Counted from the first letter of the stretch, positions 19,938-30,022 are shown. The stretch is DNA of 45,271 bases from Synergistaceae bacterium (GCA_031267575.1 JAIRYN010000034.1:1-45271), one strand, 5' to 3'. A program made the numbers and translations. Notes: a model not told the origin generated them from the sequence alone.

Positions 19938-22402
19938 ATTCGCTCAGCTCCTTCAGCTCGTTTTTTTCTCGCCAGTTTTTTGATGTACATGGCTTCATCC
20001 GCCAGATTGATGGTTTCCAACAGACTGCACGCGGTTCCGGGATAGATCGCGAGACCGAAATCCATGACTATCTCAATCAGAGGCGCATCCGGGTTGGAGT
20101 CGTCGCTATAGACCTTCTGCTGTTTCAACTCCACCTCGATCCTGTTGAGCACCACTTCCGCGTCTTGAAGCGTCACGTTCGACAACAAAATGATAAACTC
20201 GTCGCCTCCATAGCGTCCTACGCTGTCGCTGAGGCGCAGACTTTTTTTAATGGCCGAGACCGTCTTCACCAGGACCTCGTCCCCTTTGATGTGCCCGTAA
20301 TTGTCGTTGATCTGTTTAAAGCTCCCCATGTCTCCGATGACTAGACAAGCGTTGCCGCCATAACGGGCGATGCGGTCGCTTTCCTCCTGAAGGCGGCGGA
20401 TCATATAGCGACGGTTCCATATTCCCGTCAGTGGGTCGATGAAAGCCTCTTCCTCGCGTGTGGCCATAAGGTCGTAGAGCATCCAGAAACTCGAAACGTA
20501 ATCGGTCAGTAACTGGTACATTTTGAGTTCCCTGGGCAGTATCCCTGACGGCTTGTGGAGATCCAGAGCTCCGATGCTACGCGCTTGAAAGACGAGAGGG
20601 GAAACATACCGCGTCTCCACGCCCTTTTCGTTGTAAACCATCTGCGAGGCTTTGTCGCGAATCGCCTCCATCACCAGGTCGCTGTTGGGAATGTGGATGT
20701 GTTCTTTTTCGTAATAAGCCAAGCGCTTCAATTTCTGAGAGTCCTTGCCGTTTTCGTCGAAAAGATAGATGGCACAGGCGGAATCCTTGACCATGTTTTC
20801 CAAGTACTTCAGAACCTCGTCCAGAAGATGTTTCCGATTTTGCGTCTGAAGCATAGAGTAAATGAGGCCATGGAGGCGCTGAAGCTGTTGAGCGTCGGTA
20901 TCCAACTCCGTGCGGTCGAACTGTTCCTCGAAATAGATTCCGATATTGCCTCCTAGAATGCTCATCAAGGTCACGTCTTGGTGCGTAAAGGCGTTTGAAG
21001 ATTCGTTTTCCAGGCCCATGACACCCCATGTCTTTCCTTTGTAAGCCAACGGAACGGCCAACACGGAACGAGCTTCGCCGAAATGTCGCTCCTCCCTGGC
21101 AAGTGGCGTCCGATCAACATAAGCTCGACCCAAGGGTCCTTCTCCCGCCAGGATCTTGGTCAGTTCCGCGTCGACCCTGTCCGCGTCAAGGGGTTCGTCG
21201 CAGAGGAACCAAGTTTTCTCTAAAAAAGACGGCACAATCAGCTTCAAGTGGGAAAAGGAGATCACCTTGGGCAAGTTTTCCCTCAGCGCTTCGAAGAGCT
21301 GTTCCACTCCCTCGAACTGATTGAATTGCTGTAGAAAGTCGAACAGCCAGTGTTGGTTCTCCGAAAGAAGTTTGAACTCGGCGGCGCGCTTTTTCTGCAA
21401 GGTAATATCGATGCCCGAAAAAACATAATTTAAGATGTTGCCATCAAAATCAATGAGAGGCGAAATCCCATATTTCAAAGTAACGCGCCGCCCGTCGCGG
21501 TGGGTAAAATCCTCCTCTAGGTGAGAAAATCGGTCGCCGTCGCTCTCGCATTCCGCCAAAAATTCTTCCATGGCGACCTTGCCCACTACTTCGCGATGGC
21601 CGTCCGAGAGGGATAACACGGGAACCTCATGAAGCTCTTTAGAGCTATAGCCAAGCATATCGTAAAAAGCCTGGTTCGCGTCTAGCAGTCTCCCTTTGTT
21701 GTCGGTGATGGCCATACCCTCCGGAGCGCTTCGGAAAATCATCTCGAGACGGCGTTCTGAGCTCTGCAGAGCCTCCATGGTTCGTTTATAGTCGTCGATG
21801 TCCAGCATCGCCCCAATGAGCCTGACGATTTTACCCCGAAAGCGTACAGCAACGTGACTCCGTGCGACAAACCACCTCCATTCGCCCTGAACGCTCTGCA
21901 TTCGGAGCTCCACATTGAATGTTTCATTCAATGTTTCATTCAAATTGAAGGTTTCGTCCAAATCCAAAGTGCCGTCGGAACGTAAGTGATTCGTGACCTT
22001 TTTGAAAAAATCCACGTCGTCAGGGTGAATTAAGGAGACGAAATCCTCATAGGTCTCCGCATCACGGCCAAAGATGAAACGTCCCTCAGGAAGTAGGCGA
22101 AAACGCCGATTTACGAGGTCCCATATCCAAGAGCAGCCTCCTGTGGTTTTCGTCATGATTGTCAGAAGAGCTTCCCAATGCCGTGCTTTTTCTCGCTCTT
22201 TGACGAACAAAACAAACTGGATCAGGGCCGCCGCGCCGAATATGAAAAACAGGGAAAGGGTCGCCGCGTCCAGTCGCAAAAACCACCACGCTACCCCAGC
22301 GACAAAAATCCACAGCGCCGCGTACAACCCTATTTGCAACACGCTGTTTCTTGTCACCTGGCGCCTGTCCACCGAAATCAAAGCGTTTTCTTCGTTCGTC
22401 AC
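19934..22402 (-). CDS. Membrane-anchored PAS/GAF sensor diguanylate cyclase (GGDEF)
   Basis: Two N-terminal TM helices and PAS-like segments. The C-terminus reads DPLTGIWNRRYM...GDMGSFKQINDNYGHIKGDEVL...RYGGDEFIILL, a GGDEF domain with an intact GGDEF motif. Confidence 0.85.
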   Translation of the reverse strand: MTNEENALISVDRRQVTRNSVLQIGLYAALWIFVAGVAWWFLRLDAATLSLFFIFGAAALIQFVLFVKEREKARHWEALLTIMTKTTGGCSWIWDLVNRRFRLLPEGRFIFGRDAETYEDFVSLIHPDDVDFFKKVTNHLRSDGTLDLDETFNLNETLNETFNVELRMQSVQGEWRWFVARSHVAVRFRGKIVRLIGAMLDIDDYKRTMEALQSSERRLEMIFRSAPEGMAITDNKGRLLDANQAFYDMLGYSSKELHEVPVLSLSDGHREVVGKVAMEEFLAECESDGDRFSHLEEDFTHRDGRRVTLKYGISPLIDFDGNILNYVFSGIDITLQKKRAAEFKLLSENQHWLFDFLQQFNQFEGVEQLFEALRENLPKVISFSHLKLIVPSFLEKTWFLCDEPLDADRVDAELTKILAGEGPLGRAYVDRTPLAREERHFGEARSVLAVPLAYKGKTWGVMGLENESSNAFTHQDVTLMSILGGNIGIYFEEQFDRTELDTDAQQLQRLHGLIYSMLQTQNRKHLLDEVLKYLENMVKDSACAIYLFDENGKDSQKLKRLAYYEKEHIHIPNSDLVMEAIRDKASQMVYNEKGVETRYVSPLVFQARSIGALDLHKPSGILPRELKMYQLLTDYVSSFWMLYDLMATREEEAFIDPLTGIWNRRYMIRRLQEESDRIARYGGNACLVIGDMGSFKQINDNYGHIKGDEVLVKTVSAIKKSLRLSDSVGRYGGDEFIILLSNVTLQDAEVVLNRIEVELKQQKVYSDDSNPDAPLIEIVMDFGLAIYPGTACSLLETINLADEAMYIKKLARKKRAEGAERM

Positions 22403-22576
22403 GGTCTACTACTTTTCGTATTCTTTCAGTACCGCGGCATACTCCGTCTCGCAACCCTTACGAATATCATAAACATATTCTTCACCGCGGCCTTTTTTCT
22501 TGATTGACCCTGTTCCCATAAGATTCGCACATCCTTTCCCCAACGCACCGTTTGCTCGCAATCGCGTGTGCCTCTG

Positions 22577-23476
22577 CTATTTTTTGCCTATGACATCCAC
22601 TTTTATCGCTTGATAAGCGACTTTGCCGCTTGGGGCAATGTCCACGCGAATATAGTGGTGAAACGACGCGGGTGTTCCCTTATCATAAAGGCCTCCTCCC
22701 CCTCCGCCCGTAATGATGTAGGGGGTTTTCCCCCACTTGCCGGTATAAAAGGAGTGAATATGTCCCGTGAAAATCATGGTGACGTCGTACCTATCAAAGA
22801 GGGCATTCAAGCGTTCCACGTCATGGGGGCGTTCGCTCATGTCGTGAGGTTTTTTTCGGTTGGAACGCGGGTCGCGCAGAGGGCGATGCATCATCACGAA
22901 ACGCCTCGCAAAGCTCTGAGACCTTTCGAGGGTCTTTTCCAGCCAAGAAAACTGGGTCTCGTTCAAGGACGTGTCCTGTCCGTTATCCAGCACGATAAAA
23001 CACGTGCTTCTGATCGCGAAGGAATAATAATGGGGTGAGCCGAAAAGGTGAGAATAATTGGCCGCGTTTTTGGACTTGAAGTGATCGTGGTTGCTGGCGC
23101 AGGTCAGAAAGGGCAAATCCAGACCGCGGACGTGACGGAAAAAAGTGCTTTCGTACTCTTCCGGGGTAGCGTAGTTCACTAGGTCTCCCAAGTTGAAAAC
23201 GAAAAGCAGGTTCTCTTCCTTCAGGATAGCGGGCAGAACCTGAGGAAACTTGGAATTTGGACCCTGAGTGTCGCCCACCACCACGAAAGAAAAAAACTCC
23301 TCGTGCCGGTTCTGAAGAACCCGCGCCAGATTATCGTCGTTCCAGCCCGCCCAAGCGGAAGATGCCTCCAGAAGCAGCAAAAACAGCAGCGTCGCGCAGA
23401 TCGTTTTTATCTTGTTGATATTGTTTGTTATATTTTTTATATTTCTTATATTTATCTTACAGATCATAGGACGCAT
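22577..23476 (-). CDS. Secreted calcineurin-like metallophosphoesterase
   Basis: Signal peptide, then VVVGDTQGPN...NLGDLVNY...GHIHSFY, the metallophosphatase motifs (GD / GDxxY / GNH-like). Confidence 0.7.
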   Translation of the reverse strand: MRPMICKINIRNIKNITNNINKIKTICATLLFLLLLEASSAWAGWNDDNLARVLQNRHEEFFSFVVVGDTQGPNSKFPQVLPAILKEENLLFVFNLGDLVNYATPEEYESTFFRHVRGLDLPFLTCASNHDHFKSKNAANYSHLFGSPHYYSFAIRSTCFIVLDNGQDTSLNETQFSWLEKTLERSQSFARRFVMMHRPLRDPRSNRKKPHDMSERPHDVERLNALFDRYDVTMIFTGHIHSFYTGKWGKTPYIITGGGGGGLYDKGTPASFHHYIRVDIAPSGKVAYQAIKVDVIGKK

Positions 23477-23585
23477 CCTCCGGTCTTGTTCCGAAATTTT
23501 CTTGTTACTCGCATGGATAAATCTTCCTCGACAGATCTAATTGGTTCAACAGATCTAATTGGTTCCACAGATTGTCGAGCAATTG

Positions 23586-26500
23586 CTACAGATCCAATTG
23601 GTTCAGCAGATTGTCGAGCAACTGCTTTTTGAACTGCTCTTGAGCGTCTAAATCATCGTCGCCTCCGCCCGGACCGGTGGGAATCCTGAGGTTGAATCGA
23701 ATTTTTCTTTCGCTTTCCTTGCGCTGGGTGGTCGTGTCGTTGCGTAAAGGTAGATATTCCTCAATGGATTTATCGATGGTGAGGTTCAAAAGTTGCAACT
23801 CCTTCCAGCTCCCCTTGAGTTGGAAAGTGACGTCTTGGAAATCCCGCTCGGAGTAACCTACCAATTTGCTCACCGCCTGGCGTAGCAACTGGCCATTTCC
23901 CGCAAGGGACCCTGTCATGAACTGCAAAACTCCTTTCAGAGCTCCCAGCACCGTATTGAGAGCCTGAACGTCGAAGCGTCCTTTGCAAATCAGAGCCAAG
24001 TCCTTGCCCAACAGGCCCAGAGGACCGTTGATCGAGAAATATTTGTAAAGCGGGGCTCCAGGTTTGGCCGTGGCCTGAGTACCTGGATTCAACCATAGGT
24101 CGTTGCCGTCCCAAAAAAACGATCCCCGTATTTCCTCGAAAGAGATACGTCCGTCTTTGGTTATATTTTTGAGTATGTCAAACTCGTGGATGTACCCCTC
24201 GCTGGACCGGAAATCTCCATTGGCGAAGACCATCATCAAGGGTCCGTAATTGCCTTTCAACTGGACGTTGACGTCGGCACTGCCCACAATGGCCCCTTGC
24301 GCCATAAAGGGGTGGGCTGCCTGGCCAATATTCAGCCCGGAGATCTTTGCCGTTGCTTTCCATTGCTGATCCGGCATGTTGACATCGGCATTGATGTCGA
24401 TTTTTCCGCCATAAGCGACACCCGTGCCCTCCCGCACCGACGCCCGTCCCTCCGAGACCCGAATGGGGAGGAAGATGTCCCGCAACTCCACGCCGGCCAC
24501 CGAAAAGACCGGAAGCGTCAGCATGACATTGGCGACCGCCGGACCCCTGTTTCTTCGTCCGTTCATACGACCCGTAACGCGGGCCTTGACGTTTCCCGCG
24601 AACTGTCCTTTCAGGGAGGGCATTTTGGCCGACACCAACTGATCCAGGTCCAGAATACTGCTCTCAGCGGCATAGCCCCAACCTTCTTTATTGCGCTCCA
24701 TGTGTCCCTTGAGTGTCAAGGCCAAATCCCCCAAGCGCCCCGACGCGTCCATGTCGAATTTGCCCCTGGCGGGAGAGATGATTGTCAGCATCAGGTGGTC
24801 CACCAATGTTTCCTGGATGGTTAGGGGAGAGGTAACCTCCAAGGCCAGCTCCGGCCGTAGGGGTGATCCCCGAAGCGACAGGAATCCATCCAGATATCCC
24901 CCGACCCCTCCGTCCAGGCCAAATTGGGCAAGCAGAGACCGGATTTCGATCCCTTTTACCTTCATACCGATTTGCAGTCTTCCACGTCGCCCGAAAGTGA
25001 GATTGCCATTTCCCTCCAGGGCGCCTTCGTTGATTTTCGCCTTTACGCTGCGTACTCTCACATTTCGGGTCGTACCCGTTACGTCGAGGTAAAGATCACG
25101 CACGTCGGTAGAGGCCACCATGATCGCGTTCGATCGGAGGGTGGCCGAAAGCGCGGCGTTGCTAACGGCGCCCGATACCTTGAGAGTGCCCTCTACTTTT
25201 CCTGTCACGTCCATATCCCAATCCTGGGCGATGCTTTCCAGATCCAGGTTCGTCAACGCGCCCGATAGGTTTAAATAAGGTTCTCCATTCTTGGACAGAT
25301 CGACATCGCCGCGGAAAGACAAGGACCCGCCCGGTACCTGTAGCGTCGTCTCAGGAAGGTAAACCTTGTTGTTTTCGTATGTTCCCGACAACTTCACGTG
25401 CCTGAGGGGCACTCCCGCCACCTTGTTTTCGTTGCTTATGAGCGTAACCATGACCCGAGGTGATGTAAGTGTTCCCTGAACTTCCAACGTCACGTCACAG
25501 AGTCCTTCAACCTGACTCAACTCCGGGATGGATTGTGGATTGAAGCCTTTAAGGTTTCCCGCGAAGCGAAGCTCGGAGGTGGTCAGATCAGCGGCGCCCG
25601 AAAAATCCAAGAGGGCTTTGTCGATCCGAGCTTTCAGATCTTCCAGGACAACGGTACCTTTTTCGTAACGCATAGAGGCTGACAGAGCGTCGAAACGCCT
25701 CCCAAAAAGGGTAAAAGCCTGGGATCGCGCCTCGCCTCTCACGGCAAGATCGTTACCGAGGCTCACGATGTGAGCGTCCGCGTCCAAAGTTCCGGAGAGG
25801 TCCAAGGGAGCGAGGGCGGGAAATGCGGTCGCCACTAGGTTGGATTTCATTTCTTTGAGGGTGAACTTCAGGGTTGAGTGCCAGAGTGCGTTTGACGCGC
25901 TCCGGAGAACTTCGCCCGCCCCAAAGACTTTTCCCCCAAAGACCTCTCCGGTGCAGTCCACCGCCAAGTTCCAATTCGGAGAAAGGACAAGGTTTGCCCG
26001 CAGCCCTTTGACGACCTCCTTGCCTTCCACTTTCAATTCAGGCAAACGCATGAAGACCTTGCCCGCCACGGCTCCTCCTTGGTCGGCCGAGGTCCAGAAA
26101 TCCACCATTCCCCCTTCGCCCTCCAAGCTCACCCCTGGCGATAGAAGGCGTTCCAGTTTTTTCATGGAGGCATTTCGGACGCTTCCCCGGGCGAAAAAGC
26201 GATCTGTCACCGGATTTGGTCGCAAGTCGGCGGAGACCTTCAGCTCGATATCGCCCGCTCCGCTTTCCAGCTTGGCCTGCGAGACGGAGAAATCCCCGGC
26301 TTTGTACCGCCAAGGTACGGAGGCTTCCACCGGAAAACCCGCGACTTGCCCGTCCTTTAAACGCAGTGTGCCCCAAGCGCCCAGGTTTTCACCTGCCCCC
26401 ATCACATCGATTTGCCCATCGATCTCGCCGCGTCCCTCTACTTGAGAAAAAACCGCCAATAACTCGTTGAGTTTCACAGACTGGAGAGAACCCTTCACCT

Positions 26501-27260
26501 TGAAGGGCGCCGTCAGTTTACCCGCGAAAAAAGCTCGCCCCGTCGTCCCCACTGACACATCTATGGAAAGGGCCTCGAGAGACTCGAAGGCCAATGTTCC
26601 GCGAAGTCGTACAGGGAGACCTCCCAGGTCGGCGGAAAGCATAATGGAGCCATCTTGAGTCAGGAAGCCCTCCTCCACGCCCACGGCGGCGAAAGGGGTA
26701 TCGAAAGTGATGTCGTGTAACAGAACCTGGATCGGACGGATTGAACTTGACCCCTCGCTTTTCTCTCCTCCGTAGTGAGCGGCCAAAGTTGAAAGATCCT
26801 CCACCTTCGCCTTCACTCCGTCGATTTCCAGGTCCGAAAGCCAAAGCGCTCCCTGCAGCAGGTCTTTCCAAGAGGGGCGCAGCATAATACGCCTGGCACT
26901 CAATAAGGAGGTGTCTCCCGAAATCAGTTCGACGCCATTCAATGTAAGCCCGGAATACAAAGACCCGTCCACTTTCGCTACCCTCAGGATGGGAACGATA
27001 TTTTCACCGTAACGGTGTACTAAAGGCTCGACCAAAAGGGGGCCAATCGGGCCCCAAACAGCCCCAATCAGGCAAAAGAAAAAGACTCCTGAGAAGGCAA
27101 TACAGGTCCACCACAACGTTTTTTGCAAGAACCTCAAAAATTCCAACCTCGATTCTCTGGCTCTCTCATATAGAGCAAAGTTTACAACAACAACATCACA
27201 TACAACCGTACTTAGAAAGCATCGGCGCTTGTTTGATCTCAGAATGGCTCGATTATACAA
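23586..27260 (-). CDS. TamB/AsmA-like translocation and assembly module protein of 1224 aa
   Basis: N-terminal signal-anchor TM, a very long beta-rich Gly/Val/Leu-repetitive body, and a DUF490-like C-terminal region. The C-terminal coding sequence contains nucleotide tandem repeats (23525-23640). Confidence 0.5.
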   Translation of the reverse strand: MYNRAILRSNKRRCFLSTVVCDVVVVNFALYERARESRLEFLRFLQKTLWWTCIAFSGVFFFCLIGAVWGPIGPLLVEPLVHRYGENIVPILRVAKVDGSLYSGLTLNGVELISGDTSLLSARRIMLRPSWKDLLQGALWLSDLEIDGVKAKVEDLSTLAAHYGGEKSEGSSSIRPIQVLLHDITFDTPFAAVGVEEGFLTQDGSIMLSADLGGLPVRLRGTLAFESLEALSIDVSVGTTGRAFFAGKLTAPFKVKGSLQSVKLNELLAVFSQVEGRGEIDGQIDVMGAGENLGAWGTLRLKDGQVAGFPVEASVPWRYKAGDFSVSQAKLESGAGDIELKVSADLRPNPVTDRFFARGSVRNASMKKLERLLSPGVSLEGEGGMVDFWTSADQGGAVAGKVFMRLPELKVEGKEVVKGLRANLVLSPNWNLAVDCTGEVFGGKVFGAGEVLRSASNALWHSTLKFTLKEMKSNLVATAFPALAPLDLSGTLDADAHIVSLGNDLAVRGEARSQAFTLFGRRFDALSASMRYEKGTVVLEDLKARIDKALLDFSGAADLTTSELRFAGNLKGFNPQSIPELSQVEGLCDVTLEVQGTLTSPRVMVTLISNENKVAGVPLRHVKLSGTYENNKVYLPETTLQVPGGSLSFRGDVDLSKNGEPYLNLSGALTNLDLESIAQDWDMDVTGKVEGTLKVSGAVSNAALSATLRSNAIMVASTDVRDLYLDVTGTTRNVRVRSVKAKINEGALEGNGNLTFGRRGRLQIGMKVKGIEIRSLLAQFGLDGGVGGYLDGFLSLRGSPLRPELALEVTSPLTIQETLVDHLMLTIISPARGKFDMDASGRLGDLALTLKGHMERNKEGWGYAAESSILDLDQLVSAKMPSLKGQFAGNVKARVTGRMNGRRNRGPAVANVMLTLPVFSVAGVELRDIFLPIRVSEGRASVREGTGVAYGGKIDINADVNMPDQQWKATAKISGLNIGQAAHPFMAQGAIVGSADVNVQLKGNYGPLMMVFANGDFRSSEGYIHEFDILKNITKDGRISFEEIRGSFFWDGNDLWLNPGTQATAKPGAPLYKYFSINGPLGLLGKDLALICKGRFDVQALNTVLGALKGVLQFMTGSLAGNGQLLRQAVSKLVGYSERDFQDVTFQLKGSWKELQLLNLTIDKSIEEYLPLRNDTTTQRKESERKIRFNLRIPTGPGGGDDDLDAQEQFKKQLLDNLLNQLDL

Positions 27261-27487
27261 GATTTACGAGCGAAAGCATAAAAAGATTACTGAAAGGTCG
27301 CTAGTGGATAAGTGGATAAGTGGATAAGTGGATAGTGTGGACGACCTTCAAATTCCAAAAAACCAAGAGGCGAAAACCCTTTCTCGTCTTGGACGATAAG
27401 GATTTTATTTTCCGCGTAATCGCGACGTTATAGAGACATATGATCGCGCGTCTCTACAAAGCGTGACGCTCGTGTTAAAATTTCAAA

Positions 27488-27949
27488 ATGCTTGTTAAAA
27501 ATAAGACGATCACTTTTGTTTTGGCATTGACAGCAGATATCGCCACAAAATATTGGGCCTTGTCCGTTCTTGCCGTGGCGAGTGAGAAAATGACGTTTTC
27601 TACTCTGCTTTCTTTGAGGTTGCGTTTCAATCAAGGGATTTCTTTTTCTTTGCTGGTTCGGCATCCCCGGGGCGCGTGGCTGGTGGCTGTTGTCAGTGTC
27701 GTTTTTTTGGGAATGTTGTGCGTGAAAAATGCGACGGTCCGTTCCTCCTCTGGTATGTCCTTTGGTATGTTCTTTGGTATGTCCTTGTTGTGGGCTGGGG
27801 GTTTAGGGAATTTGGCCGATCGTGTCTTTTATGGATATGTTGTGGATTAGATTTACATGGGCATATTCGTGAACTTGGCCGATTTTTGGCTATGCTTGGG
27901 TTCTGTTTTATTGTTAAAGCATTGTTGGAATAGACGCCTCGACTCTTGA
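27488..27949 (+). pseudogene. lspA: Lipoprotein signal peptidase II interrupted by an in-frame TAG at 27848-27850
   Basis: ADIATKY (catalytic Asp region) and GNLADRVFYGYVVD, then TAG, then IYMGIFVNLADFWLCLGSVLLL containing the second catalytic FNxAD motif. The two halves are collinear and in the same frame. Confidence 0.75.
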
Positions 27950-27999
27950 GTGACATACGGTAAAATAAATGTCGAAAACTTGATTGGGGAGGGATTTAA

Positions 28000-29202
28000 A
28001 TGAGGGTTGCCGTAGGGTGGATTCTTTTTTCATGGTTGTTGACGGCGAGCGTCGCTGATTCGGCTTCGTCTGAGACGGCGCCGTCCATGGTGAAGCCTTT
28101 GGCGACGACGAACGCACCAGTGGTTTCCATTGAATTACCGGCGTCCTTGGCGTCCTCTTGGGAGAGACTTTCCTCGACCCTAACGGACGCCTTGAACCTC
28201 CAGGACAAACAGGAGACCTTGCCGGAATCCTCCTACTTCGGCGCGGACAAAATCAGCAACACGAAAAAAATCAACGCGCTTTTGGACAAGGTCGTCGAGA
28301 TTTTGGTTCAGGGCGACGCTAGCGATCTGCGTAGGCAGGCGATTGCGTTACGTGAGACAGGGCTGCCCGCTTTGCGCCGAGAAGTGGATGACCTCCGTAA
28401 CAAGCGTATTTCCGCTCCAGAGACCTCCAAAGTGCCCTGGGTCAAAACGCGCTCCCAAATAGAAGCGCGCATCGCGGAGCTGGATGTGGAGATCAAAGAG
28501 AAAGAGCGGCTTGCGATGGATATCGACAGCAAGATCGCCGAAGCGTTGAGAAACATGGGCCTCGATTTGGACGACAAACAAATCGACATCCTGCTGACCT
28601 CCGTCACTGGTGACGATCTTTTTCAAAACACGGTGGTCTTCGCGAATGTCAAACACGTGGTGGAAAAGCTCGCGGAGCTTTCTCGGGAAGACCGGGACAA
28701 CTTGGAGATCAGCCGGCGTTATATCGGTATGTACCTGGTGTTGAACGACGTTTTGATTGCCACTCAAGAGGGACTGATCGAGAAAATCAATATGGACTAC
28801 AAACCACGATTGGCCGAGTTGAAGGCCGAGGCCGAAAAACTTCGCGCGGAAGCCTTAGGACGCGCAAAACAAGGACAGTACTCGAAGACCCAAAAAGAGG
28901 CATTTGAGGTCAACGCCAAGGCCAACGCCATGACGGCGCGAGTGGCAGAGCTTTACGCGGAGCTCCTAGAAGGACAACGCAAAAATTTCAAGGTGACCTT
29001 GATGGACCTGCAACGCAACCGCGACGTGGCGGAGAGTACCTACAAGACTGTCCGGAGTACGGGCGACCTGAGAAACCTAATCCGCGCGGGGCTCGATTTG
29101 TTTGACTCCATCCATCCTCTTTCCATGCCTCAGCTTCAATCTTTTGAAAACGAGGCCATCCGCAAGGAGTTCGAAGAAATCAACAAACGTCTGAGAAAAT
29201 GA
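28000..29202 (+). CDS. Secreted coiled-coil protein of 400 aa, function unknown (possibly TelA-like)
   Basis: Signal peptide MRVAVGWILFSWLLTASVADSA, then long heptad-rich Glu/Lys/Ala/Leu segments. The TelA resemblance is weak. Confidence 0.55.
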   Translation: MRVAVGWILFSWLLTASVADSASSETAPSMVKPLATTNAPVVSIELPASLASSWERLSSTLTDALNLQDKQETLPESSYFGADKISNTKKINALLDKVVEILVQGDASDLRRQAIALRETGLPALRREVDDLRNKRISAPETSKVPWVKTRSQIEARIAELDVEIKEKERLAMDIDSKIAEALRNMGLDLDDKQIDILLTSVTGDDLFQNTVVFANVKHVVEKLAELSREDRDNLEISRRYIGMYLVLNDVLIATQEGLIEKINMDYKPRLAELKAEAEKLRAEALGRAKQGQYSKTQKEAFEVNAKANAMTARVAELYAELLEGQRKNFKVTLMDLQRNRDVAESTYKTVRSTGDLRNLIRAGLDLFDSIHPLSMPQLQSFENEAIRKEFEEINKRLRK

Positions 29203-29229
29203 AAATACGCTATCTTTCGTTAAGAGATC

Positions 29230-29263
29230 TGTAATTATTATTAGAGGTCGCTGTATTATACAG
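29230..29263 (+). terminator. Hairpin terminator candidate after the coiled-coil gene
   Basis: Near-perfect palindrome ttagaggtcgctgta-tta-tacagcgacctctaa with an AT-rich flank and no clean T-run. Confidence 0.4.
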
Positions 29264-29675
29264 CGACCTCTAATGCCGGTGGACAGCCGGCTCACAACAC
29301 AGGGAGGTGTTGCGAAATTATATTAACACGCATTTTATATAAGGTATACTATAATAAATCTTAGGATATGACGTAAAAATTGCTTAAAAATATTATAATG
29401 AAGCTATAATTAAAATAAAATAAATAAGAATGATATTTGAAACAGTATTAAAACTTACTTTGTTTTACATCTATCCGTGTCGCTATGTCGGTTGTTTGTT
29501 TTTGAGTAAATATTTTATCGTTTTGAAGCGAAAGATATCCCTGACGCTGACGGCGGATCCCTTCTATATGTTTTATGCGCATGCTTTATGCGCATGCTTT
29601 ATGCGCGATGTGTAAATGAAGTTAGTGGTCGCCTTGTTTTTGTCCCTGGTATTCCCTCTCTGAAGTTTTTATTTT

Positions 29676-29989
29676 TACGATAAAGCGATCCTCATCCAAC
29701 AGCTGAAGCCGTTGGATGAGGATCGCAACACCACCGTTGGCGGTGTTTGTTTTGTATTTGGTTTCTTGCCATATGTCTACTTTCATGTTAAACTCCTTTT
29801 ATGGCTTATCAACGTGAGATGCGGGGCGGAACACGACCAGGATATTAATGCGGTTGTAAATATTCTAAGAGTGGGAGCATCCACTCTTAGTGGGGGCATC
29901 CACTCTTAAAGGAAAAGACGTAAGACCGGTTTCAGTCGGCTGTTTTTGTCGATCTTATAATCCCATGACTTTAGTCGTGGGAGTATGTC
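29676..29989 (+). repeat. Copy B of the promoter-leader repeat cassette, oriented toward cobQ
   Basis: Inverted relative to copy A at about 90% identity. Contains a 19-bp internal tandem duplication (29869-29906) and the conserved hairpin cccatgac-ttta-gtcgtggg at 29962-29981. Confidence 0.85.
29766..29794 (+). promoter_or_regulatory. Sigma70-like promoter within copy B, likely driving cobQ
   Basis: TTGCCA, 17-nt spacer, TAAACT. It is preceded by a hairpin plus T-run (29727-29768) that overlaps the -35 element. Confidence 0.5.
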
Positions 29990-30022
29990 AAGTAAGGAGT
30001 TTGTGCGTAAGGAGTTTGTGCG

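Noticed and set aside
29800-30022. Cobalamin riboswitch in the cobQ leader
   Set aside because: No B12-box (GCCACTG) or the conserved cobalamin aptamer core could be found. The same leader sequence also precedes tuf and rex, which argues against a B12-specific element. Likewise, no riboswitch-like element was recognised upstream of cbiB (17167-17503).
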